DNA from: an uncultured Chloroflexia bacterium
Lineage (GTDB): Bacteria; Chloroflexota; Limnocylindria; Limnocylindrales; CSP1-4
Direction of reading: 5' to 3'
Assembly (NCBI GenBank): GCA_963819655.1
Contig: CAWFXA010000001.1
Location: 64,001-128,000 of the forward strand
DNA: 64,000 bases
Shown here one piece after another: positions 9,582 to 19,236 of this stretch. The notes beneath the pieces were generated by a model, which saw nothing but the letters and a program-made list of their open reading frames with translations, ran no database searches and was not told where the DNA came from. Within the stretch, counting starts at the first letter, position 1; every line of letters begins with the position of its first letter. A program made the position numbers and the translations under genes.

Positions 9582-9976
9582 CCGGTCGTTCGTCGCGCAG
9601 ACGCGCTGCGCTCGGCCTTGCGCTCGTGCTGCTGCTCTCGGCATGCCAGGCCGCGGGTCCGGCGCCGTCTTCGCCTGCGCCCGGCACTGTCCGTCTCGCC
9701 GTGGGCACGGCGCCCGGCGAGACCCTGGCGTTCGAACCGGCGGAGATCGCAGTCAGTGAGATCGGCCCCGTCACTGTGACGTTCCGGAACCACTCGAGTC
9801 TCGCGCACAACCTCGTCTTCACCGAGGGGCTGTCCGCCGCCACCAGGACGATCGTGGAGCCCGGCACGTTCGAGGAGCTGCAGCTCGTCCCGCCGCGCGC
9901 CGGCGTCTACCCGTTCGTGTGCACGATCCATAGCGAGATGGCCGGCCGGCTCGTGGTCGGAGCAGCCTCCGCATAG
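9563..9976 (+). CDS. Cupredoxin (plastocyanin/azurin-like) lipoprotein
   Basis: LSAC lipobox; HN and YPFVCTIHSEMAG type-1 copper ligands. Confidence 0.85.
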   Translation: MRRYPLTGRSSRRRAALGLALVLLLSACQAAGPAPSSPAPGTVRLAVGTAPGETLAFEPAEIAVSEIGPVTVTFRNHSSLAHNLVFTEGLSAATRTIVEPGTFEELQLVPPRAGVYPFVCTIHSEMAGRLVVGAASA

Positions 9977-9981
9977 GGGCA

Positions 9982-10036
9982 TTGACAATCGGGGTCGCGT
10001 TGCTATTATTCCGCTAGGTTAATTAACCGACTAGCG
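9982..10036 (+). promoter_or_regulatory. Promoter (TTGACA-16-TATTAT, extended TG) with palindromic ArsR-type operator
   Basis: TTGACA 9982-9987, TATTAT 10004-10009, GGTTAATTAACC 10017-10028 with outer CGCTAG/CTAGCG arms. Confidence 0.7.
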
Positions 10037-10038
10037 AA

Positions 10039-10407
10039 ATGACCGACACGACCGACACCCTCAGCCCGATCTTCGCCGCCCTCGCCGATCCGACCCGCCG
10101 GGCCATGGTGGCCCGACTGGCGGAGGGCGAGGCGACGGTGACCGAGTTGGCTGCGCCCTTCGACATGAGTCTGCCGGCGATCTCGAAGCACCTGAAGGTG
10201 CTCCAGCGTGCCGGGCTCGTCGAACAGGGTCGCCAGGCGCAGTGGCGGCCGTGCCGGCTCAAACCCGAGCCACTCCGCGATATCGCGAGCTGGCTCGAGC
10301 GATACAGGGCATTCCTCGGGGAGCGCTACGACCGACTCGACGAGTACCTCCGCGAGCTACAGGACACCGGAGAGGAGCAGGACGATGGCAGTGCAGCAAC
10401 TGGGTAA
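10039..10407 (+). CDS. ArsR/SmtB family transcriptional regulator
   Basis: FAALADPTRR...SLPAISKHLKVL. Confidence 0.92.
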   Translation: MTDTTDTLSPIFAALADPTRRAMVARLAEGEATVTELAAPFDMSLPAISKHLKVLQRAGLVEQGRQAQWRPCRLKPEPLRDIASWLERYRAFLGERYDRLDEYLRELQDTGEEQDDGSAATG

Positions 10408-10876
10408 CGAGACGACGACGGTCTATGCCGATGGAGCGGAGCTCGTCATGGAGCGCACCTTCGACGCGCCAAGCGAGCTGGTCTGGAAGGCGCTCACCGA
10501 GGCCGAGCGGATCCCGCGCTGGTGGGGGCCGCGCAAGACGTCGATGACCGTCGAGGTGATGGACGTCCGGGTCGGCGGCAAGTGGCGCTGGGTGGCCCAC
10601 TCGGACGACGGCGATGCGCCGTTCACGGGCGAATATCTCGAGGTCGATCCGCCGAAGCGTCTCGTGAACACGGAGATCTTCGACGTCGAGCCGTTCAATG
10701 CGCTCCCGCCGGCGATCGTGACGCAGACCCTCGAAGATATCGGTGGCAAGACGAAGCTCGTCAGCCGATCGGTCTTCCCGTCCGCGGAGGTCCTGGAGGG
10801 TGCGCTGGCGACCGGCATGATCGGCGGCGCGATCGAATCGTGGGACCGCCTCGCGGAGGAGATCGCGAGCATCTGA
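10385..10876 (+). CDS. SRPBCC (AHSA1-like) family protein
   Basis: RTFDAP..LVWKALT...WWGP...DVRVGGKWR; typical ArsR partner. Confidence 0.9.
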   Translation: MAVQQLGNETTTVYADGAELVMERTFDAPSELVWKALTEAERIPRWWGPRKTSMTVEVMDVRVGGKWRWVAHSDDGDAPFTGEYLEVDPPKRLVNTEIFDVEPFNALPPAIVTQTLEDIGGKTKLVSRSVFPSAEVLEGALATGMIGGAIESWDRLAEEIASI

Positions 10877-10899
10877 CAGGTCGACGTCAAGGGCCGACA

Positions 10900-10931
10900 A
10901 TGACCGCCGGGCGAATACGCCCGGCGGTCAT
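10900..10931 (+). terminator. 14-bp GC-rich hairpin after the ArsR-SRPBCC operon
   Basis: ATGACCGCCGGGCG-AATA-CGCCCGGCGGTCAT; no U-tract. Confidence 0.55.
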
Positions 10932-10974
10932 CACGTACCCGGCGCGGGGACGATGGCCTCGAACGGAGGCAGCC

Positions 10975-11529
10975 ATGAACATCATCGGTCGGATCCTGGC
11001 ACTGCTCACGGGTGGGTTCATCTTGACGTCGATCGCGGCCGCCATCGCGGCACGGGCCATGAAACAGCGGATCGTCCGTGTCGATGCGCCCGACGCCAAC
11101 GACGTCACGCTCGCGGCGATCTTCGAGCCGATCAACTTCCGAAGTCGCGCGACCGCGTTCCGCGGAGGGACGCTCGACCTGTGGTACGGCGGCGGCATCA
11201 TCGACCTCCGAGATGCCTTCCTCGACCCGGGTGGTGCGCGGCTCGATGTCCGAGCCGTGTTCGGCGGCGCGCAGATCGTGGTGCCTGAGACGTGGCGGGT
11301 GACGACGAACGTCGTGGGCCTCGGCGGCATCGGCGATGGCCGAAGCAAGGTCGAACGGCCCGTCACGGCGCCCCTTCTCGTCATCGACGGCGTCGCGATC
11401 ATGGGCGGGTTCGGGATCACCTCGGAGCTGTCCGAGCAGCAGGCGACCGCTGTCGCCGACGCCGTCGCGCGTCGGAACGGCGCCACGGGACAGGCCTTCG
11501 CCGAGACGGAGCCGGCTCCCGTCGTCTAA
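10975..11529 (+). CDS. LiaF/DUF2154-like cell-envelope-stress domain protein
   Basis: N-terminal TM; GG.IDLRDA...VFGGAQIVVPETWRV...MGG. Confidence 0.75.
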   Translation: MNIIGRILALLTGGFILTSIAAAIAARAMKQRIVRVDAPDANDVTLAAIFEPINFRSRATAFRGGTLDLWYGGGIIDLRDAFLDPGGARLDVRAVFGGAQIVVPETWRVTTNVVGLGGIGDGRSKVERPVTAPLLVIDGVAIMGGFGITSELSEQQATAVADAVARRNGATGQAFAETEPAPVV

Positions 11530-11539
11530 GGGGTCTCCC

Positions 11540-12025
11540 CTACTCGACGGTCCACGCGATCAGCGGCGGGCGGACGGTCGCGCAGCGCGGCCAGCCCTGC
11601 TCGTCGGTCAGGCCGATGTGGCCGACGAGGGTCATCCCGGGAACCGCGGCGGCCTCGAAGATGGCCCGGTCCATCTCGAAGAGCCTGAACTTGGCTGCGC
11701 GGAAGACGACGAACCGGCCTTCGTCGTCCTCACGCACCCAGCGCAGACCGAGATGCCGTTCACCGCGAGGACCGAGGACGTATGGGCCACTGAAGTCGAA
11801 CTCCCCTGTGTCGGTCTCGCGCAGGTCGACGTCGAACGCCCATACCGCCCGCTCGGCGTCACCCGGGACGAGCTCGTCGGTCGCGGTGCCGCGCGCCAGG
11901 CCGACGTGGACGTTCTCGTACCACAGGCCGCCCATGTCCGGTCCGCAGCGCCGGCCGGGCAGGGCAGTGCCCTCGATGCGGACACGGATGGAGCCGATCG
12001 AACGAGCCTGTGCCCGACGTTCCAA
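11540..12025 (-). CDS. DUF5990-like protein
   Basis: DFSGPYV.G..GERH...FRAAK...LTD..G.PRCATVRPP.I.W; start uncertain. Confidence 0.75.
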   Translation of the reverse strand: MERRAQARSIGSIRVRIEGTALPGRRCGPDMGGLWYENVHVGLARGTATDELVPGDAERAVWAFDVDLRETDTGEFDFSGPYVLGPRGERHLGLRWVREDDEGRFVVFRAAKFRLFEMDRAIFEAAAVPGMTLVGHIGLTDEQGWPRCATVRPPLIAWTVE

Positions 12026-12043
12026 GGTCAGCCCGGAACGACG

Positions 12044-13204
12044 TCAGTCGCTGTGGTCGTCGGCGATCGGGAGGGCGTACCCGAACTCAGAGCCGCCGCC
12101 GTCGCGGGTCTTGGCCCAGATCCGGCCACCCAGGATCGTCACGACGTGCTTGCTCGCGCTGAGCCCGATGCCGAGACCGCCACTCATGCGTCGCGCCGCG
12201 TCCGTCCGGTAGAACGCCGTGAACAGGCGCTCCTCCTCTTCCGGCGGCACACCGATCCCTCGGTCCAGCACCAGGACCCTCGCCTCGTCGCCGACGCCCC
12301 GCACGACGATCTCGATCGGCTGCGATGGCGGGCTGTACTTGACGGCGTTGCCCAGGATGTTGTCGGTCAGCAGCTCGAGATAGCCCTGATCGGCCTCGAC
12401 GATGAGGTCGTCGAGCTGCACATCGAGGCGGATGTCCCGCCCGGGATGGCGCTTGGCGAAGGACCCGACGATGTGGCGAACGACGTGGCCAAGGACCTGC
12501 GGCTCGAGGTCGATCCGCTGCTCGCTGCCGGCTCGCGTCAGGAGCAGGAGGTTCTCGACGAGGCCCAGGAGGCGCTCGGCGTCGGTGGCGATGTCGGCGA
12601 CCATCTCGGCATGGCGCTCCGGGCCCCACTCGCTGTCCTGGAGCAGCCGCGCGTTGCCGAAGATCGTCGTGACGGGCGTGCGCAACTCATGGGACACGAG
12701 CCCAAGGAATTCGTCCTTCACGGTGTTGGCGGCCCGGAGCGCATCCTCGGCCCGGCGTCGCTCGGTGACGTCGACGAGCACGTTGATGCCCCCGACCAGA
12801 GTCCCCTCGGCGTCGTAGACGACCGTCGGATACGGGACGAACGCGGCTCTCGTCCCGTCCGGACGCTCGGCGACGCCCTCGTAGCCGCGGACCGAACGGC
12901 CTTCCTTGAGGGCGATGGCCATCGGGCATTCGTCGTGCCGCATCGGCCGGCCGTCGGGCCAGTACAGCTTCAACGAGCCGCACCAGTCTTCGCCGATCTC
13001 GGGCCGGCGTCCCCAGAACTCGACGGCCGCCTCGTTGAAGAACGTGATGCGCCCAGCGGCGTCGGTCGTGTAGGCCGCCACGCCAAGAGTCTCGAGGAAC
13101 TGCCGGTAGCTCGGACTGTCGATCGAGGGAGCGTCGAACAGTGGCCTGATCTTCGAATCGATGGCAGCTGGACGGATGGCTGTGGGCGCGCGCTCCGGTG
13201 TCAC
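12044..13204 (-). CDS. Cytoplasmic PAS-domain sensor histidine kinase
   Basis: PAS with WCGS..LY.PDG....DECPMAIAL, SHELRTP, NAVKY, DRGIG, GLGIGL; start could be 13204 or 13270. Confidence 0.92.
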   Translation of the reverse strand: MTPERAPTAIRPAAIDSKIRPLFDAPSIDSPSYRQFLETLGVAAYTTDAAGRITFFNEAAVEFWGRRPEIGEDWCGSLKLYWPDGRPMRHDECPMAIALKEGRSVRGYEGVAERPDGTRAAFVPYPTVVYDAEGTLVGGINVLVDVTERRRAEDALRAANTVKDEFLGLVSHELRTPVTTIFGNARLLQDSEWGPERHAEMVADIATDAERLLGLVENLLLLTRAGSEQRIDLEPQVLGHVVRHIVGSFAKRHPGRDIRLDVQLDDLIVEADQGYLELLTDNILGNAVKYSPPSQPIEIVVRGVGDEARVLVLDRGIGVPPEEEERLFTAFYRTDAARRMSGGLGIGLSASKHVVTILGGRIWAKTRDGGGSEFGYALPIADDHSD

Positions 13205-13414
13205 CTCGGGTGCATACCACACGCCGCTACCGCGTGGAAGGTACGCGCTCGGCTTGTGATGCGTCTGCAATGCCAGACCCCGCTCTCAGAGGCGCTCCCG
13301 GTTGGTTTCGTGCCTGTCGTGTTTATCGTTGACGAGGGGCCGATACAGCATGGCAACGGTTGCCGCCCCCGGCTTGCAAGCGGCTGGCGGACGGCACCCG
13401 CGTACCATCCGCGC

Positions 13415-13810
13415 ATGGATCGTCCTGCTCGACTCTTGTATGCCGCTGTCGTGGTCGCGGTCGCCGTAGGTCTCGCGGGGTGCGGTCTCACGCGGACCAT
13501 CGTGAACGGCGATCCGCCGGTCCCTGCCGGACCGCTCGGTCCGGTTGTCGCCGGTCAGGCCGGCGGACCGCCGGTCGAGTGTCGCGGGGTCCCGATCGAT
13601 GAGTGCCGGAGCATGGGCGGCGTCGACGGTCCGGACGTGGTTCGCGTCATCGTGACCTGCATGACCGTATGTACCCGCGCCAAGGGCGACCTGCGGATCG
13701 ACGTCCTGCGTCCGAACGGCACGACGGAATCGATGGGGCAAGGGTCGTACGCAGGGGCAGAAGCGGTCCCCGAGCCCGCCATCCCGCCGGAGCCGGTCGG
13801 CAGCCCCTAG
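13415..13810 (+). CDS. Hypothetical Cys-containing lipoprotein
   Basis: LAGC lipobox, four further Cys; TACCAT -10 six nt before ATG. Confidence 0.7.
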   Translation: MDRPARLLYAAVVVAVAVGLAGCGLTRTIVNGDPPVPAGPLGPVVAGQAGGPPVECRGVPIDECRSMGGVDGPDVVRVIVTCMTVCTRAKGDLRIDVLRPNGTTESMGQGSYAGAEAVPEPAIPPEPVGSP

Positions 13811-13820
13811 GGTCGGACCC

Positions 13821-14579
13821 ATGACTCGCGTCACCTGGCTAGGTCATGCGACCGTGCTACTCGAAATGTCAGGGTTCCGGCTCCTGTTCGATCCCCTGCT
13901 CGTGACCGGGATCGGGCCGGTCCGGCGGCGCGCGAAGCCCCTGACCGTCGACCCGCAGTCGATCGATGCCATCCTGATCTCGCACGCGCACCAGGATCAT
14001 CTCCACGTGCCGAGCCTTCGACAATTCCGGCGCGACATCCGTCTGATCGTTCCTGTCGGGACGGGACGGCTCCTCAGAGCGAACGGCTTCATCGACGTGA
14101 CCGAGCTTGCTGAAGGCGGCACGACGTCGCTCGGCGACGTCCTCGTCCGGGCGGTCCCGGCGGCTCACGACGGGCGCCGCGTGCCGTTCGGGCCGGCAGC
14201 ACCAGCCCTCGGCTATGTCATCGAGGGTGAGCGCACCGTCTATTTCGCGGGTGACACGGACCTGTTCCCGGCGATGTCGGAGGTGGCCGAAGACCTCGAC
14301 ATCGCGATCCTTCCGATCGGCGGGTGGGGGCCGACGCTTCGGGGCGGACACCTCGACCCGGAGCGGGCCGCGCTGGCCCTGACGATGCTGCGACCCCGGA
14401 TGGCGATCGCCGTGCATTGGGGAACTCTGTGGCCGATCGGACTTGGCCGGGTTCGGCGTCACAGGTTCGAGGAGCCGGGCGCCCGGTTCATCGAAGCCGC
14501 GCGGGTCGTCGCCCCGGACGTCGCGATCCCCCAGCTCGACCCGGGCGATTCGATCGAACTGCCCCAACGGCGATGCTAG
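13821..14579 (+). CDS. MBL-fold metallo-hydrolase
   Basis: TWLGHAT, SHAHQDH, FAGDT, HWGT. Confidence 0.9.
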   Translation: MTRVTWLGHATVLLEMSGFRLLFDPLLVTGIGPVRRRAKPLTVDPQSIDAILISHAHQDHLHVPSLRQFRRDIRLIVPVGTGRLLRANGFIDVTELAEGGTTSLGDVLVRAVPAAHDGRRVPFGPAAPALGYVIEGERTVYFAGDTDLFPAMSEVAEDLDIAILPIGGWGPTLRGGHLDPERAALALTMLRPRMAIAVHWGTLWPIGLGRVRRHRFEEPGARFIEAARVVAPDVAIPQLDPGDSIELPQRRC

Positions 14580-15295
14580 AGGCGTTCTTCTGGGGAGCCG
14601 TCGCCTCATCTGCGCTCGTGCTCGGGGCGCTGATCGCCTACCACCTGGCGCCGAGCCGCCGGGTGATCGCGGTCGTCATGGCGGTGGGGAGCGGCCTGCT
14701 GATCGGCTCGGTCTCCTTCGAGCTCATCGACGAGGCGATCAAGACGCGCACGGTCATCGAGATCGCCGTCCTGGTACTGGTCGGCGCTGCGGTCTTCACG
14801 ATCGGGGACTGGCTCCTGACGCGCACGGGCGGCGGCGAGCGAAAGGACCCTGAGGGCGCGCAAGCCGAGGGGTCACCCCTCGCGATCGTCCTCGGCTCGG
14901 TCCTCGACGGTATCCCCGAGGCGTTCGTGCTCGGCTTGACCGTCCTTCAAGGCGGCGTCAGCCCATCCCTTCTGGCCGGGATCGCCCTCTCCAACCTGCC
15001 GGAGGGGATGTCGTCCTCGAGCGGCCTCAAGGCGGCGCAGTGGCCCGAGCGCCGGGTGATGCTGATGTGGTCGGGCGTCGTCCTCGTATCCGCGGTGTCG
15101 GCCGCTGCGGGGTACGCCCTGCTCGACCCGGAGAGCGGCCGGACCGGGGCGCTCGTGCAGGCCTTCGCGGCCGGAGCACTGCTGGCGATGGTGGCCGACA
15201 CACTGCTGCCGGAGGCGTACAAGGTCGAGGGCGTGTGGACCGGGTCGCTGGTGGTGTTCGGCTTCGCGATCTCACTCGGCCTCTCGGCGCTCTGA
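14573..15295 (+). CDS. ZIP-family metal transporter
   Basis: LDGIPEA, SNLPEG, AAGALL.M.ADT..PEA. Confidence 0.85.
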   Translation: MLEAFFWGAVASSALVLGALIAYHLAPSRRVIAVVMAVGSGLLIGSVSFELIDEAIKTRTVIEIAVLVLVGAAVFTIGDWLLTRTGGGERKDPEGAQAEGSPLAIVLGSVLDGIPEAFVLGLTVLQGGVSPSLLAGIALSNLPEGMSSSSGLKAAQWPERRVMLMWSGVVLVSAVSAAAGYALLDPESGRTGALVQAFAAGALLAMVADTLLPEAYKVEGVWTGSLVVFGFAISLGLSAL

Positions 15296-15301
15296 GCTCC
15301 C

Positions 15302-15940
15302 TTAGAAGCGATATCCCGACCGGTCGATCGCCGCGGCGACGCGTGCGATGCCTCGCATCTGGAAGACGATGGCGACGACCGAGATCACGACCCAGGCCGC
15401 GACGCCGACGAAGGAATCCGTCAGCACGCCGCCGACCAGGCCGCTGTCGAGGTTCTCGAGCTTGATCCGACCCAGGAACAGCAGCACGCCATTGACGATC
15501 GCCGCCGCACCGCTGATGGCGGAGACGTAGACCACCACCAACGCAGGGACGCCGAGAAGGAATGCGCCGGCGGCGAAGAGACCCCCGACCACGATGCCGA
15601 CGATCGTCCCAAGGATGCTGGCGTCGATCCCGAGCCAGGCCATCAGCCCGACGCCGAGCGAGTACCCGAGGGCTCCGAACGCGATGGTCACGGCGGCGTA
15701 GTACCAGAAGTACGAGATGACCGCGAGCGCCAGCCCGACGGCGATCCCGATGATCCATGACAGCACGGTCGCGAAGAAGCCCTGACCGAAGATGTCCTGT
15801 CCGAGCTGCGCGCCGGCGACGAGCCCGAAGAAAAAAGCCCAGATCGGGAGCAGGATCGTGAAGAGCCGCAACCCGAAGAATGCCCAAGCAGCCCCGATCA
15901 CGATCGCCAGAAGCCCGACGATGATCCCTTCGATCGACAT
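15302..15940 (-). CDS. DUF4203-like membrane protein
   Basis: FFG.RLF.ILLPIW.FF.G and about 7 TM segments. Confidence 0.75.
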   Translation of the reverse strand: MSIEGIIVGLLAIVIGAAWAFFGLRLFTILLPIWAFFFGLVAGAQLGQDIFGQGFFATVLSWIIGIAVGLALAVISYFWYYAAVTIAFGALGYSLGVGLMAWLGIDASILGTIVGIVVGGLFAAGAFLLGVPALVVVYVSAISGAAAIVNGVLLFLGRIKLENLDSGLVGGVLTDSFVGVAAWVVISVVAIVFQMRGIARVAAAIDRSGYRF

Positions 15941-15952
15941 GATGTCCCTCTA

Positions 15953-16537
15953 TCAGCCGGCGGGCCGCGGGAAGGCGGACTGGATCGCTGAGCGGGCTGC
16001 GAAGCCGCCGACGATCCAGACGATGCCGGCCAGCAACAGCTGGAGGCCGACGAAGAAGCCGATCGCCACGCCGGTCGTCGGGATCCCGCTCCACAGCCAC
16101 ACGCCGAGCAGAATGTTGATCACCGCGAGCACCGCGACGAGGCCGCGCGACGGTGTCGCCTCGCTGAAGGCGGCGAACAGCCGGATGATCCCTTCGACGA
16201 TGAGCACGATCGCGATCACGATTGTCAGGGCCACGGCGCCCTGGAGCGGGTCTGCGACGATGTTGAAGCCGACGACGGCGTACAGGATGCCCACCACGGC
16301 CATGAGCACACGGGCGCCCATCGACCCGCTCGTGGCGAACGCGCCGATGATCTGCGCGATGCCGCCGAGCACGAGCAGCCAGCCGATGAAGATCGTCGTC
16401 ACGAGCGTGGCGTCGACCACGTTCCCCAGGGCGATCACCCCGAGGATGACAAGGACCACCCCGAACCCCACGAACCACTTCCAGCGGCTTCGCAGCTCGG
16501 CCTCGCTCGGTAGTTGCATGAAGTTCACGCTGTCCAC
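15953..16537 (-). CDS. HdeD family acid-resistance membrane protein
   Basis: W.WF..FG...ILG..A...GW.L..GG..Q pattern; GGAGGT RBS. Confidence 0.85.
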   Translation of the reverse strand: MDSVNFMQLPSEAELRSRWKWFVGFGVVLVILGVIALGNVVDATLVTTIFIGWLLVLGGIAQIIGAFATSGSMGARVLMAVVGILYAVVGFNIVADPLQGAVALTIVIAIVLIVEGIIRLFAAFSEATPSRGLVAVLAVINILLGVWLWSGIPTTGVAIGFFVGLQLLLAGIVWIVGGFAARSAIQSAFPRPAG

Positions 16538-16614
16538 CTCCTACCTCGAAGACTCCGGGCTCGAGCGCACGCGCTGCCGCTGATTTTCCACCTGCATGCA
16601 AGAGCTCGGGCCCA

Positions 16615-17442
16615 TCAGCCGAGCACAGCCTCGACCACGTCGTCGGAGAAGTGCGGCCACGCATCGAGCGCCCACGGGCCGTACACGCGGTCGGTCAGGC
16701 AGACCAGCGATCGGTCGAGCTTCGGATCAACCCAGATGAAGGTGCCGGCTCCACCGAAATGTCCAAACGTCTCAGGTGAGTTCCTGGAGCCCGTCCAGTG
16801 CGGATCCTTGCCGTCCTTGAGCTCGAACCCCATGCCCCAGTCGAGGGGGTCGAACGATCCGACGCCCGGGAGGACTCCTTTCAGACCGCGGAACTGGACG
16901 GACCGGGCGGACTCCGCGGTGTTCGGTTCGAGCAGGGTCGGGTGGAGGAGCTCGCGGGCCAGGGCGGCCGCATCGAGCAACGGGCCCTGGAGGCCCTCAG
17001 ACGGCCGTCCGATCAGCTCCGTGCCGACCATCCCGAGTGGTTCCAGGACCCGATCGGACAGGGCGACCGCGAACGACCGCCCCGAACGTTCGGCAAGCAG
17101 CTCGCCGAGAACATCGAAGCCAGGGTTCGAATAGATGCGGCGTGCGCCGGGCTTCGCCAGGATCGTCTCGCCGTCGAACGGCAGCCCGGATGCGTGGGCG
17201 AGGAGATGCCGGACGGTCGATCCCGGCGGACCGGCCGGCTCGTCGAGGTCGATGAGGCCGTCGTCGACGGCCGACAGGATGGCGATCGCCGTCGCGAGCT
17301 TCGTCACCGAGGCCCACCGGAAGCGTTGCTCCGGTTCGCCGTGCTGGGCGAGGATGCCCTCGGGCCCGACGAGAGCCGTCGCCGCGTGGTCGGCGGCCCA
17401 GCCGTCGATCGTTGCAAGGGCGCGGTCGATGTCGGGTGTCAC
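16615..17442 (-). CDS. Serine hydrolase, beta-lactamase family
   Basis: SVTK (SxxK), LLAHASGL, YSN, GHFG. Confidence 0.88.
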   Translation of the reverse strand: MTPDIDRALATIDGWAADHAATALVGPEGILAQHGEPEQRFRWASVTKLATAIAILSAVDDGLIDLDEPAGPPGSTVRHLLAHASGLPFDGETILAKPGARRIYSNPGFDVLGELLAERSGRSFAVALSDRVLEPLGMVGTELIGRPSEGLQGPLLDAAALARELLHPTLLEPNTAESARSVQFRGLKGVLPGVGSFDPLDWGMGFELKDGKDPHWTGSRNSPETFGHFGGAGTFIWVDPKLDRSLVCLTDRVYGPWALDAWPHFSDDVVEAVLG

Positions 17443-17514
17443 GTCGCGCGGATGCTAGTCGTGCGGCCGTGCCGCCGTCATCGGATCGACACGATGCGCA
17501 CCTACACTTCGCAC

Positions 17515-18192
17515 ATGCAGTTCTTCCGACCCAAGCCCGCCTCCATCCCGTCCCCTGCCGAAGCCCTGCCGGGCCGCCCGGATCCGATCGTCGAGCCCGG
17601 GATCCACACGGTCCTCGGCACGCCCCTCGCCGGCCCGTGGCCCGAGGGCACGAAGACCGCGATCTTCGGCCTCGGCTGCTTCTGGGGTGACGAGAAGGAC
17701 TTCTGGCAGCTGCCCGGCGTCGTGACCACGGCCGTCGGATATGCCGGCGGCTCGACGCCCAACCCGACCTATCGTGAGACATGCACCGGCCAGACCGGAC
17801 ACGCGGAGGTCGTCCTGGTCGCGTACGACCCGTCACGCATCTCGTACGAGCATCTGCTCAAGTCGTTCTGGGAGCATCACGACCCGACGCAGGTCATGCG
17901 CCAGGGCAACGACATCGGCTCCCAGTACCGCTCGATCATCATCGTCGACGGTCCGGAGCAGCGCGCCCTGGCCGAGGCGTCGAAGGCGATGTACCAGGAG
18001 CGCATGACCGCGGCAGGTTACGGCCAGATCGCCACCGAGATCGTCGACGCGGCCGATAACCCGTTCTACTACGCCGAGGACTACCACCAGCAGTACCTCG
18101 ACAAGAACCCGCGCGGCTATTGCCCGGACCATCGGACCGGCGTGAAGCTGCCCGACGACTTCGTGGTGACGCCGCTGCAGTACGTGGACTGA
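17515..18192 (+). CDS. msrA: Peptide-methionine (S)-S-oxide reductase
   Basis: GCFWG, GYAGG..PNPTY, HDPTQ..RQGND.G.QYRS, AEDYHQQYL. Confidence 0.95.
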   Translation: MQFFRPKPASIPSPAEALPGRPDPIVEPGIHTVLGTPLAGPWPEGTKTAIFGLGCFWGDEKDFWQLPGVVTTAVGYAGGSTPNPTYRETCTGQTGHAEVVLVAYDPSRISYEHLLKSFWEHHDPTQVMRQGNDIGSQYRSIIIVDGPEQRALAEASKAMYQERMTAAGYGQIATEIVDAADNPFYYAEDYHQQYLDKNPRGYCPDHRTGVKLPDDFVVTPLQYVD

Positions 18193-18237
18193 GCCCGGTC
18201 AGTGGCGACGGGCGCCGGCCCGACCTATAGTCGGGCA

Positions 18238-18678
18238 ATGACCGTTCTGCGGATGGACAACGTCCTCCTCGTTGTCGACGACCTCGAGGCTGCCAAAGCG
18301 TTCTTCGCCGAACTTGGTCTGGAGCTTGAGGGCGAGACGATCGTCGAGGGCCAGTCGGTCGACCGCCTCATCGGGCTCGACGGCGTCCGAGCCACCATCG
18401 CCTCGATGCGGACCCCGGACGGCCACGGGCGGATCGAGCTGGACAAGTTCCACACGCCGGCGGCGGTCAGGGCCGAGCCAGAAGACGCGCCGGTGAACGC
18501 GCTGGGCATCCGTCGCATCATGTTCGCGGTCGACGACATCGAGAGCGTCCTTGGCCGCCTGCGCCGCCACGGCGCCGAGCTCGTTGGCGAGGTGGTGCAG
18601 TACGAGGACCAATATCGGCTCTGTTACGTCCGCGGCCCCGAGGGCATCGTCGTCGCACTGGCCGAGCAGCTCACCTGA
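18238..18678 (+). CDS. VOC/glyoxalase family protein
   Basis: V.DL.AA.AFF..LG...RLCY.RGPEG...LAE. Confidence 0.9.
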   Translation: MTVLRMDNVLLVVDDLEAAKAFFAELGLELEGETIVEGQSVDRLIGLDGVRATIASMRTPDGHGRIELDKFHTPAAVRAEPEDAPVNALGIRRIMFAVDDIESVLGRLRRHGAELVGEVVQYEDQYRLCYVRGPEGIVVALAEQLT

Positions 18679-18690
18679 AGGACTCCAGAG

Positions 18691-19176
18691 ATGACCGACA
18701 TGGCGAGCGATGAGCGGGCTGCGGACGCGACGTCTGACGATCCGCGGCCCAGCTTCCTTCCGCCTGGCTCGGGCCGTGTGCTGGACCTCCTCGGCGTGAC
18801 GCACCGGCTCACGAGCGAGCAGTCCGAGGGCTCTATCTATATCTTCGAGTCGGTACTCGAGCCGGGAGCCGGCAACCGGCTCCACGTGCACAGCCGTGAA
18901 GACGAGATCGCCTATGTCCTGGAGGGGGCGCTGGAAGTCCGACTTCGCCATCGAACCGCGATCCTCGAGGCGGGTGGCGTGGGACGCCTGCCGAAGAACC
19001 TCCCGCATGCGATCCGCAATCCGCTCGACACGCCATCGCGCTACCTGTTCCTGGCCGTTCCGGGCGGCCTCGACCGATGGTTCGATGCCGTGGCCGCCGC
19101 GAGGCGCGACGGTGCATTGGACGATGCGCTTTTCCGAAAGCTTTCCGAGGACTACGGGATCGGATGGCTGGAGTAG
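18691..19176 (+). CDS. Cupin domain protein
   Basis: HVHSREDE.AYVLEG...PH. Confidence 0.85.
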   Translation: MTDMASDERAADATSDDPRPSFLPPGSGRVLDLLGVTHRLTSEQSEGSIYIFESVLEPGAGNRLHVHSREDEIAYVLEGALEVRLRHRTAILEAGGVGRLPKNLPHAIRNPLDTPSRYLFLAVPGGLDRWFDAVAAARRDGALDDALFRKLSEDYGIGWLE

Positions 19177-19236
19177 CCGAACTAAGGACTGCCACCCCGA
19201 TCGGCGCGGCGACGAGTAGGCCCGCCGGCGGCAGGG

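Noticed and set aside
11336-13810. 824-aa plus-strand ORF
   Set aside because: It is antisense to the DUF5990 and kinase genes. Only the last 131 aa, with its own -10 and lipobox, is credible.
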